Positions 23,856 to 33,050 of a DNA stretch of 33,902 nt are shown one piece after another; positions within the stretch are counted from its first letter, which is position 1; the number at the start of each line of letters is the position of its first letter. Origin of the DNA: a virus (Duplodnaviria > Caudoviricetes). The notes beneath the pieces were generated by a model. The model saw nothing but the letters and a program-made list of their open reading frames with translations. It made no database searches and was not told where the DNA came from. A program made the position numbers and the translations under genes. The stretch covers positions 1-33,902 of the IMG/VR virus record IMGVR_UViG_3300044667_000292, one strand, 5' to 3'.

Positions 23856-26644
23856 TGGCCACGTTCCCCGCGACGTTTCCCACCACGGCGCTCCTGCCCG
23901 TCGTGGCCGAGCTGTACGCGGGCGGCGACTGGCACGACATCACCGGGGACGTTCAGGTCCGCGACAACGGGAACATCACGATCACCCGGGGCCTGTCGAA
24001 CGAAGCGACGAGCATCCAGCCGTCGCAGTGCACGTTCATGCTGGACAACCGGCTGGGCAGCTACAGCCCGGCCAACCCGGCCGGCCTGTACTACGGCACG
24101 CTCGGCCGGAACACCCCGGTGCGCCTGTCCATCGGCGCTGAGACGGATACGTTCACGCGGACCGTGTCGAACGGGTGGGGCACCAACGACTCCGGTGACC
24201 TGTGGTCGTTCGCGGTGTGGACCGTCTCCAACAGTGCCGCGTCATTCGCGGTCGCTGGTGGGGTGGGAACGCACACGGTGGCAGGAACGGGCGCCTACGT
24301 CGCCTCGGGGTTGTCCAACATCTACGCCGACATCGACGTGGCGGTCACCGTGTCCGTCCTGCCGGGCACGTCGATCACGGGCGGCCAGGTCGAACCCGCG
24401 AACATCTTGCTACGTGGGCAGGACTCCGGGCACTACTACATGCTCCGCTGCACCATCCAGCCATCCGGGGCTGTGACTCTACAGTGGATGGACGCGAACA
24501 ACGCCGCGCTCAACTCCGTCGCGACGGCAACGGTGACGCATTCGGCGTCGACGCTGCGCGTCCGCGCCCAGGTCGAGGGGCAGACGTTGCGCGGCAAGGT
24601 GTGGGACCCTTCCGGCCCTGAGCCGGCTGGCTGGCTGACTGTCGCGAACTACCTGGACTCGGTCATCGGGTCAGGCACACAGCAACTAGACAGCCCCGGC
24701 TGGGTCGGCATCCGGTCCGGTGTCGGGTCGGGCAACACGAACACACCCGTGACGTTCAGTTACGACAACCTGGTGCTTCGGGTGCCGCGCTACTCGGGAT
24801 ACCTCGCATCGCTGGTGCCCTCGTCGGACATCACGGGGACCGACCGTTTTGTCAACGCGACCGCCGCGTCGGTTCTGCGGCAGCTGAACCAGGGGCAGTT
24901 GCCGGTGCAGTCGTGTCTTCGCCACGACATCCCCGGCCTGTCGAATCTGGTGGCGTACTGGCCGTGTGAGGACGGAGCGAACTCGACTTCGATCGCGTCG
25001 GCGTTTCCCGGCGGTTCACCGATGGCGTTCTCCGGGTCGCCGCAGTTCGCGGCTGACACCACGTTCGTCGGCTCGTCGGCGCTCCCGGTCAACAACAACT
25101 CGTACTGGATCGGGCTCGCCCCGAAGTACACGTCGACCGGCACGGTCCAGGTGCGAATGCTGATCAAGTTCCCGCCAGCCGCGACCCTAACGGACGGGAC
25201 GGTGCTGTTCCGGTTCTGGACATACGGTGCCGGATCAGTCGGCGCCACCACCCGGTGGGACTTCTACTACAAGGCCGGCGGCGGCCTCGGCGTGTTGACC
25301 GTGTCACCGACCGGATCGGTCGTCAACGACACCGGATCTATTCCTTTCGTCGTGGATGGCGGCGTACTCCGCGTGGGCTTCTACGCCCAACAATCAGGGA
25401 GTAACCTCAACTGCCAGATCTCAACTTTGGCCCAAGGGGCAAGCTCGGCGTCCTACTACAATTACACGATCAACTCGTACACCGTGTCAACCTGCCAGGC
25501 CGTTGCCGTCGGACCGCCCGGGAATTCGTTGCAGCAGACCGTGGTCGGGCACATCACGGTGGAGAGCGCCGCGACCGACCTTTTCGCGCTCCTGAACCAG
25601 TTGAACGGGTTCGTCGGCGAGTACGCACAGGCCCGCATCGCCAGGCTGTGTGGCTATTTCGGGATCGAATACAACTACGTCGGTGACCCGTCGGCGAAGG
25701 CGATCCAGATGGGCGCGCAACCAGCCGACACGCTCCTGAACCTGTTGACCTCGTGTGCCGCCACGGACGGTGGCCTGCTGTACGAGGCGAAAGGCAGCCC
25801 GGCGCTGGTGTACCGCACGACCGGGGCGCACCTGAACACCACGCCGGTCGCCGTGTTGGACGTCAACCTGAACCAGCTCAGCGCGGCACCCCAAGTCACC
25901 TACGACGACCTGAACCTGCACAACGACGTGATCGCGCAGCGCACCAGCGGATCCTCCTACGAGGCGTCCCTCACGATCGGCGCACTCTCCACGGCCGCAC
26001 CACCGAACGGTGTCGGCGTCTACTCCACCACGATCTCTGTCAACACCAACAGCGACACGACACTCCAGGACATCGCCGGGTGGGCACTGCACCTGGGCAC
26101 GGTCGCGGACGCACGGTACCCGCAGATTTCCGTAAACCTGGCCAGCACGCACCTCACGTCGAACGCCGCGCTGTGGTGGTCGATCCTCGGTGTCGATCCG
26201 GACGATTTCGCGGCAGTCAACAACCTCGCGACCGACCAGGTGCTGCTGCTAGTGCGCGGCTACACCGAGACCATCACACAGATGACCTACGGCATCACGT
26301 GGAACTGCGCACCCGGCAGCCCGTACGTGTGCGGCACGCTCGATGACGGAGTGTCCCGGTTGGACTCCGACGGGTCGACGTTGCACGCGGCCATCAACGC
26401 GAGCGCCACCAGCTTCCAGGTCGACATCAGCGATGGCGCACTGTGGACCACGTCAGCCGGTGACCTGCCGCTGGACATTATGTGCGGTGGCGAGCGAATG
26501 ACGGTCGGTGTCATCACCGGATCCTCGTCACCGCAGACGTTCTCATCGGTCAGCCGCTCAGTCAACGGCGTGATCAAGAGCCACAACACGGGCGACAAGA
26601 TCAGCCTGTTTCAGCCCTACTACCTTGGCCTCGGGGGTCTGTGA
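23855..26644 (+). CDS. Large minor tail (tail tip) protein with beta-sandwich domains
   Basis: WHDITGDV..ITITRG..LDNRLGSYSP..RNTPVR N-terminus; LVAYWPCEDG; DGGLLYE; 929 aa after the tape measure gene. Confidence 0.85.
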   Translation: MATFPATFPTTALLPVVAELYAGGDWHDITGDVQVRDNGNITITRGLSNEATSIQPSQCTFMLDNRLGSYSPANPAGLYYGTLGRNTPVRLSIGAETDTFTRTVSNGWGTNDSGDLWSFAVWTVSNSAASFAVAGGVGTHTVAGTGAYVASGLSNIYADIDVAVTVSVLPGTSITGGQVEPANILLRGQDSGHYYMLRCTIQPSGAVTLQWMDANNAALNSVATATVTHSASTLRVRAQVEGQTLRGKVWDPSGPEPAGWLTVANYLDSVIGSGTQQLDSPGWVGIRSGVGSGNTNTPVTFSYDNLVLRVPRYSGYLASLVPSSDITGTDRFVNATAASVLRQLNQGQLPVQSCLRHDIPGLSNLVAYWPCEDGANSTSIASAFPGGSPMAFSGSPQFAADTTFVGSSALPVNNNSYWIGLAPKYTSTGTVQVRMLIKFPPAATLTDGTVLFRFWTYGAGSVGATTRWDFYYKAGGGLGVLTVSPTGSVVNDTGSIPFVVDGGVLRVGFYAQQSGSNLNCQISTLAQGASSASYYNYTINSYTVSTCQAVAVGPPGNSLQQTVVGHITVESAATDLFALLNQLNGFVGEYAQARIARLCGYFGIEYNYVGDPSAKAIQMGAQPADTLLNLLTSCAATDGGLLYEAKGSPALVYRTTGAHLNTTPVAVLDVNLNQLSAAPQVTYDDLNLHNDVIAQRTSGSSYEASLTIGALSTAAPPNGVGVYSTTISVNTNSDTTLQDIAGWALHLGTVADARYPQISVNLASTHLTSNAALWWSILGVDPDDFAAVNNLATDQVLLLVRGYTETITQMTYGITWNCAPGSPYVCGTLDDGVSRLDSDGSTLHAAINASATSFQVDISDGALWTTSAGDLPLDIMCGGERMTVGVITGSSSPQTFSSVSRSVNGVIKSHNTGDKISLFQPYYLGLGGL

Positions 26645-27093
26645 TGGCACTGTTCACCGCCGGCAGCAAGGAAACCGCCGCTCTGTTCAACGCAGTCATG
26701 GCGAAGGTGTTGTCCACCAACGCTGGCCTGAACGAGATCGCGGCGTCGTGCACGGCAACGTCGTCGACCTACGGTGATCCCACGACCGGGTCCGCCGGCC
26801 CGACCGTGACGATCACGAGCAGCGGGACGTTGGCGCTCGTGCTGTCGTCGGCGTCGTACTCGAATAGCGGTTCCGGCCCGACGTATGCGTCGGTGGCGGT
26901 GTCCGGTGCTACGTCGATCGGCGCGACTGACGTCGAGGCGACCGGCGTCTCGAACTCGTCGTCCGTCCCACAGTTCCCGGGATTCACGGTGTACGTGATC
27001 AACCCGGGCACGAACACTTACACCCTGAAGTACAAGGTGTTGTCGGGCACCGGGACGTGGACCAACCGGAAACTGTTCGTGTGGGCTCCCTGA
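26644..27093 (+). CDS. Minor tail protein
   Basis: TGATG overlap; Ser/Thr-rich beta protein. Confidence 0.7.
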   Translation: MALFTAGSKETAALFNAVMAKVLSTNAGLNEIAASCTATSSTYGDPTTGSAGPTVTITSSGTLALVLSSASYSNSGSGPTYASVAVSGATSIGATDVEATGVSNSSSVPQFPGFTVYVINPGTNTYTLKYKVLSGTGTWTNRKLFVWAP

Positions 27094-27197
27094 GACCGGC
27101 AGCGTACTTACCTACAGTTAACTCGAACTATGGAGGGAGGCGGTCATGCACCACACCAACCCCTCCCTGCGCAGAGGACGGCCGCGAGGGAGGCTTG

Positions 27198-27395
27198 ATG
27201 CTCGATGGGATCGCCAGCCTCATCACGGCCGTCGCGGCGCTCGTCACTGCTGTGTCCGGGCTGCTCGGCGTGATCTATCTGTTCCGCCGGGGGTCCCGGC
27301 GGGAACGCAAGGAAGCCGCGAAGGCCGCACTCACCAGCGTCCCGATCGTCGGGGACCTGGCTGCGGCCGTACACGAGGCGGAGCACGATGACTGA
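27198..27395 (+). CDS. Small single-TM membrane protein (holin/antiholin-like)
   Basis: GGGAGG RBS; hydrophobic N-terminus followed by a basic stretch. Confidence 0.7.
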   Translation: MLDGIASLITAVAALVTAVSGLLGVIYLFRRGSRRERKEAAKAALTSVPIVGDLAAAVHEAEHDD

Positions 27396-28074
27396 CACCG
27401 AACGCATCGAGACCGAGGCGGCAGAGCAGGCGCGCGATACGCGCACCCACCGGCTCGTGCTCGCAGCCGTCGCACTGGTCGGCGCGGGGGTCATCGTGCT
27501 GTTCCTGCTCGTGGTGGCGCAACGCGGCCAGATCTCGGACCTGAAAGTCCAGCAGGCGACCGCGGCGACGGGGGAGCAGCAGCTCGCGTCACAGTTGCGG
27601 CAGTTGGGTGCGACACCGGTTGTCACACCGCAGGCGCCGGTGACCGGGCCGGCCGGTGCACAGGGGCCTGCTGGCCAGAACGGTGTGCAGGGCGTTGCTG
27701 GGCCACAGGGACCGAAGGGCGACAAGGGTGAGCCCGGCTCACCCGGCCCGACGGGTCCAACGGGTCCAACGGGACCGACCGGACCGACCGGTGTTCCTGG
27801 TGCGGCCGGAGCGAACGGTGTCGACGGTCCGCAGGGGCCCGCCGGCCCGCCTGGGCCGGCGGGACCACAGGGCGAGCAGGGACCACCCGGTCAGAACGGT
27901 GTGGACGGTCAGCCACCGTCGGGCTGGACCACGACGTACCCGGATGGATCGACCGAGACGTGCTCTCGCGCGTCTGGCTTCGACCCGACCTCGCCGCAGT
28001 ACACCTGCACTGTCCAACCACCACCGACCACCACGACGACGAACCCGCTCCCGATCGGAGGCCAGAATCGATGA
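27388..28074 (+). CDS. Membrane-anchored collagen-like protein
   Basis: TM helix, short coiled coil, about 30 Gly-X-Y triplets, C-terminal Cys pair. Confidence 0.85.
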   Translation: MTDTERIETEAAEQARDTRTHRLVLAAVALVGAGVIVLFLLVVAQRGQISDLKVQQATAATGEQQLASQLRQLGATPVVTPQAPVTGPAGAQGPAGQNGVQGVAGPQGPKGDKGEPGSPGPTGPTGPTGPTGPTGVPGAAGANGVDGPQGPAGPPGPAGPQGEQGPPGQNGVDGQPPSGWTTTYPDGSTETCSRASGFDPTSPQYTCTVQPPPTTTTTNPLPIGGQNR

Positions 28075-29096
28075 CCGCTCCCACCCGCTACCGGCTCGGC
28101 CGGAAGGCACCCAACCTGACCAAGGGCCGGGTGTTCTTGACGGTCGGCCACGTGCCCGACACGTACACCCCACCGGCGACTCTGGACCGCTACTCCGCCG
28201 TGCCGGCCGATTCATGGGGCATGGACGGCAACGACGACGTGGGCGACTGCACCTGCGCCGACGTGGACCACGAGGTGAAGTCCGATCAGGTCGCCGCCGG
28301 CAACCCGGAGGTGCAGTCCACCACGGACGAGGTGTTGGCCGCGTACAGCGCGATCACCGGGTACAACCCCGACGACCCGAACAGCGACCAGGGCGCCGAG
28401 ATGCAGTCGGTCCGGGAGTACTGGCGGAAGACCGGGTTCCGGCTCGGTGGCCAGGTGCACAAGATCCTGCTGTTCGCCGAGTTGCACCAGCAGGACCTGT
28501 CGCTGGTGAAGTGGTCGCTCGACCAGTTCGGTTCGCTCGGGGTTGGCGTGAACCTGCCGAACTCGGCGATGGACCAGTTCAACGCCGGCCAGCCGTGGGA
28601 CGTTGTCCCGGACGACGGCGGTATCGACGGCGGCCACGCAGTGGCGCTCGTCGGGTACGACGCGGAGTACGCGTACCTGGTCACGTGGGGCCGCGTGCAG
28701 CGGGCGACGTGGGCGTGGTGGGCACGCTACGTCGAGGAGGTGTGGACGGTCCTGACGCAGGATTTCGTCAACGAGCACACCGGCCTGGACCCGCTGGCCG
28801 GCACGCTGTACGACCTCGGTGACCAGTTCAAGAGGGTCACCGGGCAGCCGAACCCGGTGCCGCCGCCAGCGCCGGACCCGACTCCGACGCCTGTCCCGCC
28901 AACGCCCGGTCCGGGACCGGACCCAGTGCCGCCCGCGCCGACGCCAGAGCCGCCGGCGCCGGACCCGGCCGAGGCGGACGCGCGGTTCGCGGGGCTGCTG
29001 CACGACTGGCTGAACGGCGCGCCGATCGAGCGTCTGTTCAAGGTGGACCGGATCGAGCACGCCGCGCGGGTGTGGCTCGTCGCGAGGAGGCTGTGA
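28071..29096 (+). CDS. Papain-fold cysteine peptidase (probable lysin component)
   Basis: [11 protein letters not shown] (Cys), [11 protein letters not shown] (His), VTWG; Pro-rich linker; GGAGG RBS. Confidence 0.8.
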   Translation: MTAPTRYRLGRKAPNLTKGRVFLTVGHVPDTYTPPATLDRYSAVPADSWGMDGNDDVGDCTCADVDHEVKSDQVAAGNPEVQSTTDEVLAAYSAITGYNPDDPNSDQGAEMQSVREYWRKTGFRLGGQVHKILLFAELHQQDLSLVKWSLDQFGSLGVGVNLPNSAMDQFNAGQPWDVVPDDGGIDGGHAVALVGYDAEYAYLVTWGRVQRATWAWWARYVEEVWTVLTQDFVNEHTGLDPLAGTLYDLGDQFKRVTGQPNPVPPPAPDPTPTPVPPTPGPGPDPVPPAPTPEPPAPDPAEADARFAGLLHDWLNGAPIERLFKVDRIEHAARVWLVARRL

Positions 29097-29437
29097 TGAG
29101 CGAGCCGCAGCCCAGCGTCGGCCGGATCGTGCACTACGTCAGCTATGGCACGCCGGGGGGCGAGTACACGTCCGAGTGCCGCGCCGCGATCGTCACCGAG
29201 GTCGGTCTGGACAACGGTGACGGCGCGAAGCTCGGGTTGGCCGTGCTGAATCCGACCGGCATGTTCTTCAGCCGGGCCGTGCCGTACCACGATGGCAGTG
29301 AGACGCCCGGCAAGGAGGACTGTCCGAACGAGCCGCACGGCGTGATTCCGTTCCGCTACTGCCCTGAGCCCGGTTGCGGCTGGACTAAGGCGAGCCGCAA
29401 GGGCGGGACGTGGCACTGGCCGGAGCGTGTCCCGTGA
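29096..29437 (+). CDS. Conserved actinophage protein (PSVGRIVHY family)
   Basis: PSVGRIVHYVSYGTPGGEY..CRAAIVTEV...GGTWHWPERV. Confidence 0.8.
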   Translation: MSEPQPSVGRIVHYVSYGTPGGEYTSECRAAIVTEVGLDNGDGAKLGLAVLNPTGMFFSRAVPYHDGSETPGKEDCPNEPHGVIPFRYCPEPGCGWTKASRKGGTWHWPERVP

Positions 29438-30327
29438 GGACCGGCTACGACTCGGTGAACCCGGCCGCGATCCCCATGAACGCGGCCGTGGTGATGGGCT
29501 ACGTGGATGGCCCGTACGCGTGGACGCCGCTGGAGTGGTCGTGGTTCCCGCGCGCGGTGAGGGTGCGGATCGCGACCCGCGCGAGCACGAACTCCGGGCA
29601 TGTCCTGGATGTTGAGCAGGGTGACGCGACCCCGGAGCAGGCGGTGCAGTGGGTGCGGATGCGGCGGGCGGCCGGCGAGGACCCGTCCGTGTACTGCAAC
29701 GCGGCAACGTGGCCGAACGTCCGGGCCGCATTCGGCGCCGCCGGAGTGCCGGAGCCGCACTACTGGATCGCGCACTACGACGGCAGCACGGCCATCCCGG
29801 CCGGCGCGGTCGCGAAGCAGTACAACGACCCGCCGGGCAGCGGCGGGGACTACGACATCTCCGCCGTGGCTGACTACTGGCCCGGCGTCGACCCGAAACC
29901 CGTGGAGGTCACCCCGATGATGAATCTTGTGCTCGCCCAGGCGCCCGGCGACCCGGCGATCTGGGTCGGTGACGGCATCACCCGCCGGCACGTCCCGGAC
30001 GCCAAGGCCCTCGCCGACATCCAGCACGTGATCCAGACCCACGGCGGTGACCCGACCGTGCAGCAGTACGCGGACCTGTGGGTGCTGGGCGACCCGGTCG
30101 TCGACGTGACCGCTGCGGTCACCGCCGCCGACGGCGACGTCAAGGCCGCCCTGGGTTCGGTGCTGAACCAGCTCCTCACGGCGATCAAGGCGCAAGCGTC
30201 CGGCAGTGTCGTCACCGAGGCGCAGGTGCAGGAGATCGAGACATCGCTGAACGCGGTCGTCTCCAAGGCTTTCCCGGGCTACAGCGGCACGTTCACCCTG
30301 ACGCCGGCACCGCCGGCCGGATCCTGA
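29434..30327 (+). CDS. Endolysin, GH25-like glycoside hydrolase
   Basis: GYVDG, VLDVEQGD (DxE), SVYCN, YWIAHY, AKQY, YDIS; C-terminal putative wall-binding region. Confidence 0.8.
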   Translation: MRTGYDSVNPAAIPMNAAVVMGYVDGPYAWTPLEWSWFPRAVRVRIATRASTNSGHVLDVEQGDATPEQAVQWVRMRRAAGEDPSVYCNAATWPNVRAAFGAAGVPEPHYWIAHYDGSTAIPAGAVAKQYNDPPGSGGDYDISAVADYWPGVDPKPVEVTPMMNLVLAQAPGDPAIWVGDGITRRHVPDAKALADIQHVIQTHGGDPTVQQYADLWVLGDPVVDVTAAVTAADGDVKAALGSVLNQLLTAIKAQASGSVVTEAQVQEIETSLNAVVSKAFPGYSGTFTLTPAPPAGS

Positions 30328-30338
30328 AGGAGACGACC

Positions 30339-30536
30339 ATGTCCCGCTACTCGAAGGCCATCGCCGCGCTGCTCGGTGCGCTCACACCGACTGTGGTCGT
30401 GGGGATCCTGGCGTTGGTGGGTGTGCACGTGGATCCGGCGCTCGCTGCGGGGATCTGCACGGTGGCTGCTGCGATCGCGACGGTGTTGGCGCCGGCCAAC
30501 GCGGGCGCGAAGACCCCGGCACCGCCGGTCCAGTAG
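30339..30536 (+). CDS. Holin (2 TM)
   Basis: MSRYSKAIAA..., two hydrophobic helices, VLAPAN; AAGGAG RBS; follows the lysin. Confidence 0.75.
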   Translation: MSRYSKAIAALLGALTPTVVVGILALVGVHVDPALAAGICTVAAAIATVLAPANAGAKTPAPPVQ

Positions 30537-30541
30537 CCACA

Positions 30542-30650
30542 CCTTATTCAAGGATTCGCCTAGTTCCTTGAATAAGGGTCACGCGTATTCAAACCAGTTT
30601 GAACACAGGCTCCCCGGCACTGGGCCGGGGGGATTTCTCCGTGATGGAGG
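30542..30650 (+). promoter_or_regulatory. AT-rich inverted repeats and hairpins upstream of 30659
   Basis: CCTTATTCAAGGA-N10-TCCTTGAATAAGG; GTATTCAAAC-CA-GTTTGAACAC; CCCCGGC/GCCGGGG; CTCC-GTGAT-GGAG. Confidence 0.6.
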
Positions 30651-30658
30651 TGGGCGTG

Positions 30659-30979
30659 ATGCCCAAGGAACAGATCACTTTCGCGATGCGCGAGTTCGCC
30701 TTCCCGCCGGACGGTGGCCCTGCGGCCCCCACCGACGCGAAGTGCAACATCGATCCGACGTTGCACGTGAACTGGCGTAACAGCACCGATGGCGACGGCC
30801 ACGTCCAGATCATGCTTCAGGCCCCCCTGTCGTACCTGAAGTTGGCCATGGATAGCCCGAACGGCGATGAAGCGGAGACGACGCAACTGTGGTCTCCGGT
30901 TCTGGATCGGGCTGATATCAACCGGATGATCCGCGTGCTGCGGCACGCTCGGGACAAGTCGTACGGGCGCGACGAGTAG
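30659..30979 (+). CDS. Hypothetical protein (LDRxxINRxIRxLRxARD..G.DE C-terminus)
   Basis: GGAGG RBS at 30646-50; own leader and terminator. Confidence 0.75.
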   Translation: MPKEQITFAMREFAFPPDGGPAAPTDAKCNIDPTLHVNWRNSTDGDGHVQIMLQAPLSYLKLAMDSPNGDEAETTQLWSPVLDRADINRMIRVLRHARDKSYGRDE

Positions 30980-31013
30980 GACGGCCACTAGAGCCCCCCG
31001 ACAGTGGCCACGA

Positions 31014-31062
31014 CGGCCCCGCGCTTGCCTCTCCGGAGGTCGGCGTGGGGCCGCCTTCGTGT
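31014..31062 (+). terminator. Terminator hairpin between convergent genes
   Basis: CGGCCCCGCGC...GCGTGGGGCCG followed by CCTTCGTGT. Confidence 0.65.
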
Positions 31063-31090
31063 GCCTGGTGACCGATCCCGGCTGTTGCGT

Positions 31091-31567
31091 CTACTCGATC
31101 CCGTAGCCCTCGGCCAGTGCGCGGAGCGTGTCACAGGGCCACCACGTCGGGTACTCGTTCGGCTCGCCGCTGCCGCAGGTACCGCAGTAGTCGCGCCACG
31201 CAGTGGGGAGATCGGGATCACCGGTGCAGGCTCGGCCGGCTACCTGGTGTAGGGCGAGGATTGCCCGGTCGGCGGCGCAGCGGCGCAGCACGATGACCGG
31301 GTCGTTGTGCGCAATGTGCCTGGAAGCCGCCTCGCCGTCGAGGATGCCGACCACGTCGCTGTCGCCAGCGAGGTCCTGGACGGTGGCGATCGGCCGATAA
31401 TCCTGGGCGCTACGAATACGGAACGTCCGAGGCCTCGAATCAACAACCGGGCTGGCGAACCATTCCGGGTCGTCCTGCACGACGTTGGCCGCCCGTGCGA
31501 TCCGCTCGGTTTCCTCGATCGCGGCCAGTACGCGGTCCGCGAGAGACACCGTGGTGGACTCGGTCAT
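31091..31567 (-). CDS. DUF6221-like protein
   Basis: HIAHNDPVIVLRRCAADRAILALH...CGTC...WPCDTLRALA. Confidence 0.8.
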   Translation of the reverse strand: MTESTTVSLADRVLAAIEETERIARAANVVQDDPEWFASPVVDSRPRTFRIRSAQDYRPIATVQDLAGDSDVVGILDGEAASRHIAHNDPVIVLRRCAADRAILALHQVAGRACTGDPDLPTAWRDYCGTCGSGEPNEYPTWWPCDTLRALAEGYGIE

Positions 31568-31596
31568 GTCGTGAGCCTACTTCCAGGAGAAGGGGG

Positions 31597-31815
31597 ACCG
31601 CCCCCGCGCTCAACCCGAGTGGAGTGAGGGGAGCGCGGGGACGGCGTGTGCGCCGCGGGGCCAGCGATGCGGGTGGTGGCCCCGCCGAGAACCGGCGCAC
31701 TTCGGGGTGGTCTCGAACCGCCCCCGCGCTCGACCCGAGGGGGAGGCCGGGGGGAGCAGCGGGGGCGGCCGGTGCGCCACGTCCCCGTCAGAGATGGCGC
31801 ACATCCGGGTGGTCT
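31597..31815 (-). repeat. Two tandem structured non-coding repeat units
   Basis: 31597-31713 and 31717-31815 share ACCGCCCCCGCGCTC.ACCCGAG, GTGCGCC/GGCGCAC and GGGTGGTCT. Confidence 0.8.
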
Positions 31816-31972
31816 ACTCGTCGTCGCCCTCGACGCCGTTGCCGCCTTCCCACACAGTCACGGTGCCGTCGCAGGCTGGGCAGTCACCCACACCGTTGCA
31901 TGACGAGCACCCCCGGCCGTTGCAGGCGGCGTGCAGGCCACTGCCACGGCAGGTGCTACAGCTGATCGGCAC
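31814..31972 (-). CDS. Small DnaJ-type CxxCxGxG zinc-finger protein
   Basis: CSTCRGSG, CNGRG, CSSCNGVG, CPACDG; GGAGGA RBS. Confidence 0.7.
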   Translation of the reverse strand: MPISCSTCRGSGLHAACNGRGCSSCNGVGDCPACDGTVTVWEGGNGVEGDDE

Positions 31973-32078
31973 AGTTCCTCCGTCAGATTGGTCTGGTACG
32001 GGCCTCGCGCGGTTCCCGGCTTTCGCTTTCCCGGACGAGTCCGGGCCCCTGAATTTCCCCCGGGGACCGCGCGAGGGA

Positions 32079-32327
32079 TCAGGGGGACGCCCGCCACTCC
32101 ATCCCGGGCGGCAGCTCGTCCGCGACCAGGTCACCCAGCCGCAGCAGGCACTCGTCGTGCATGCCGTACTCGTCCTCCGGCTCGGTCAACTCGGCTCGGG
32201 CTGCGACCAGGCCGCATGTCGCGCGCACCGTGCCCTCGGTGACCTCCCACAGCCAGATGTGCGTCTGACCGGCCGGGTGGTCCAGCGTCTCTGGCTCGAT
32301 CCGCCGGCCGATGCTCGACTCGCTCAC
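32079..32327 (-). CDS. Small hypothetical protein (H..CG..H..C)
   Basis: GAGGAGG RBS; GTGA overlap. Confidence 0.65.
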   Translation of the reverse strand: MSESSIGRRIEPETLDHPAGQTHIWLWEVTEGTVRATCGLVAARAELTEPEDEYGMHDECLLRLGDLVADELPPGMEWRASP

Positions 32328-32473
32328 CGAGCCACCTCCTCGCGTGGTCGGGGCGGCTCGGGTGTCGGCGGTACTGGGTGGATACAGACGCAGTCCGGGC
32401 CGGCGTGGCACTGGCTGGACAGCCACCGGGAGCACGCCGCCCGCACCCGGGCCTGCGCTGACGCGGCGCTCAC
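32324..32473 (-). CDS. Small Cys/His hypothetical protein
   Basis: GTGA overlaps at both ends. Confidence 0.5.
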   Translation of the reverse strand: MSAASAQARVRAACSRWLSSQCHAGPDCVCIHPVPPTPEPPRPREEVAR

Positions 32474-32733
32474 GACGCCACCCCCCGGGCTGGAGCCGCA
32501 GACCGACCGGCGGTCGGGGACACCGGCCGGCCCGCGGAGTCGTAGCGCACCATGACCAACTCGGCGAACCGACGGCCACACGCGCGCGAACAGACGTAGA
32601 CGTAGTGCAGGTCATCGACCGGGCCGAGTAGTCCGACCGGGATGGCCGTGGGGGACAGCCATGCGCCACACGCGACGCAGGCGGCGCCGATCTGCTGGTC
32701 GTGGGTGAGGTGGAGTGTCGCGGGGTCGATCAT
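32470..32733 (-). CDS. Small Zn-binding hypothetical protein
   Basis: LTHDQQIGAACVACG...VCSRAC; ATGA overlap. Confidence 0.65.
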   Translation of the reverse strand: MIDPATLHLTHDQQIGAACVACGAWLSPTAIPVGLLGPVDDLHYVYVCSRACGRRFAELVMVRYDSAGRPVSPTAGRSAAPARGVAS

Positions 32734-32924
32734 GACGGCTGTCCGCCTGTCTGGCCCCCGGTCGCGACCGCGATGGCGTACCCGAGCGTGCCGCGGAGCG
32801 CTCCCGCACTGGTCGAGTCGTAGCTCACCGACCAGTTCACGGCCGGAACCGAGAGCGTGATCACGCTGCCCTCGACCTCGACCACGATCTGCTCGTCGCC
32901 CTCGCCGACGGTCCATCGTGCCAT
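32730..32924 (-). CDS. Hypothetical protein, first gene of the leftward operon
   Basis: AGGAGG RBS at 32933-38. Confidence 0.65.
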   Translation of the reverse strand: MARWTVGEGDEQIVVEVEGSVITLSVPAVNWSVSYDSTSAGALRGTLGYAIAVATGGQTGGQPS

Positions 32925-32954
32925 CGCGGTAACCTCCTGAGGACGCCTTGCCGA

Positions 32955-33050
32955 TCTGTTACGTAGCAGCATGCGCGCTACGTAACAGACGTAGCAATGC
33001 CCCAACTGGGGGAATTAGAAGCCGCTCGCGCGGGGTCGTAGGCTTGCTAC
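32955..33050. promoter_or_regulatory. Divergent promoter/operator switch
   Basis: 13-bp IR TCTGTTACGTAGC-N9-GCTACGTAACAGA; leftward TTGCTA-N18-CATGCT; rightward TAGGCT-N6-ATG (leaderless). Confidence 0.7.

Noticed and set aside
23855-27093. Diversity-generating retroelement or invertible tail-fibre cassette
   Set aside because: No reverse transcriptase, invertase or template/variable repeat pair seen
27640-27915. 9-bp periodic repeats
   Set aside because: Explained by collagen Gly-X-Y coding
28850-28970. CCG-rich repeats
   Set aside because: Pro-rich linker of the peptidase
30537-30658. Known riboswitch class
   Set aside because: No consensus of a riboswitch class I recognise; needs an Rfam scan
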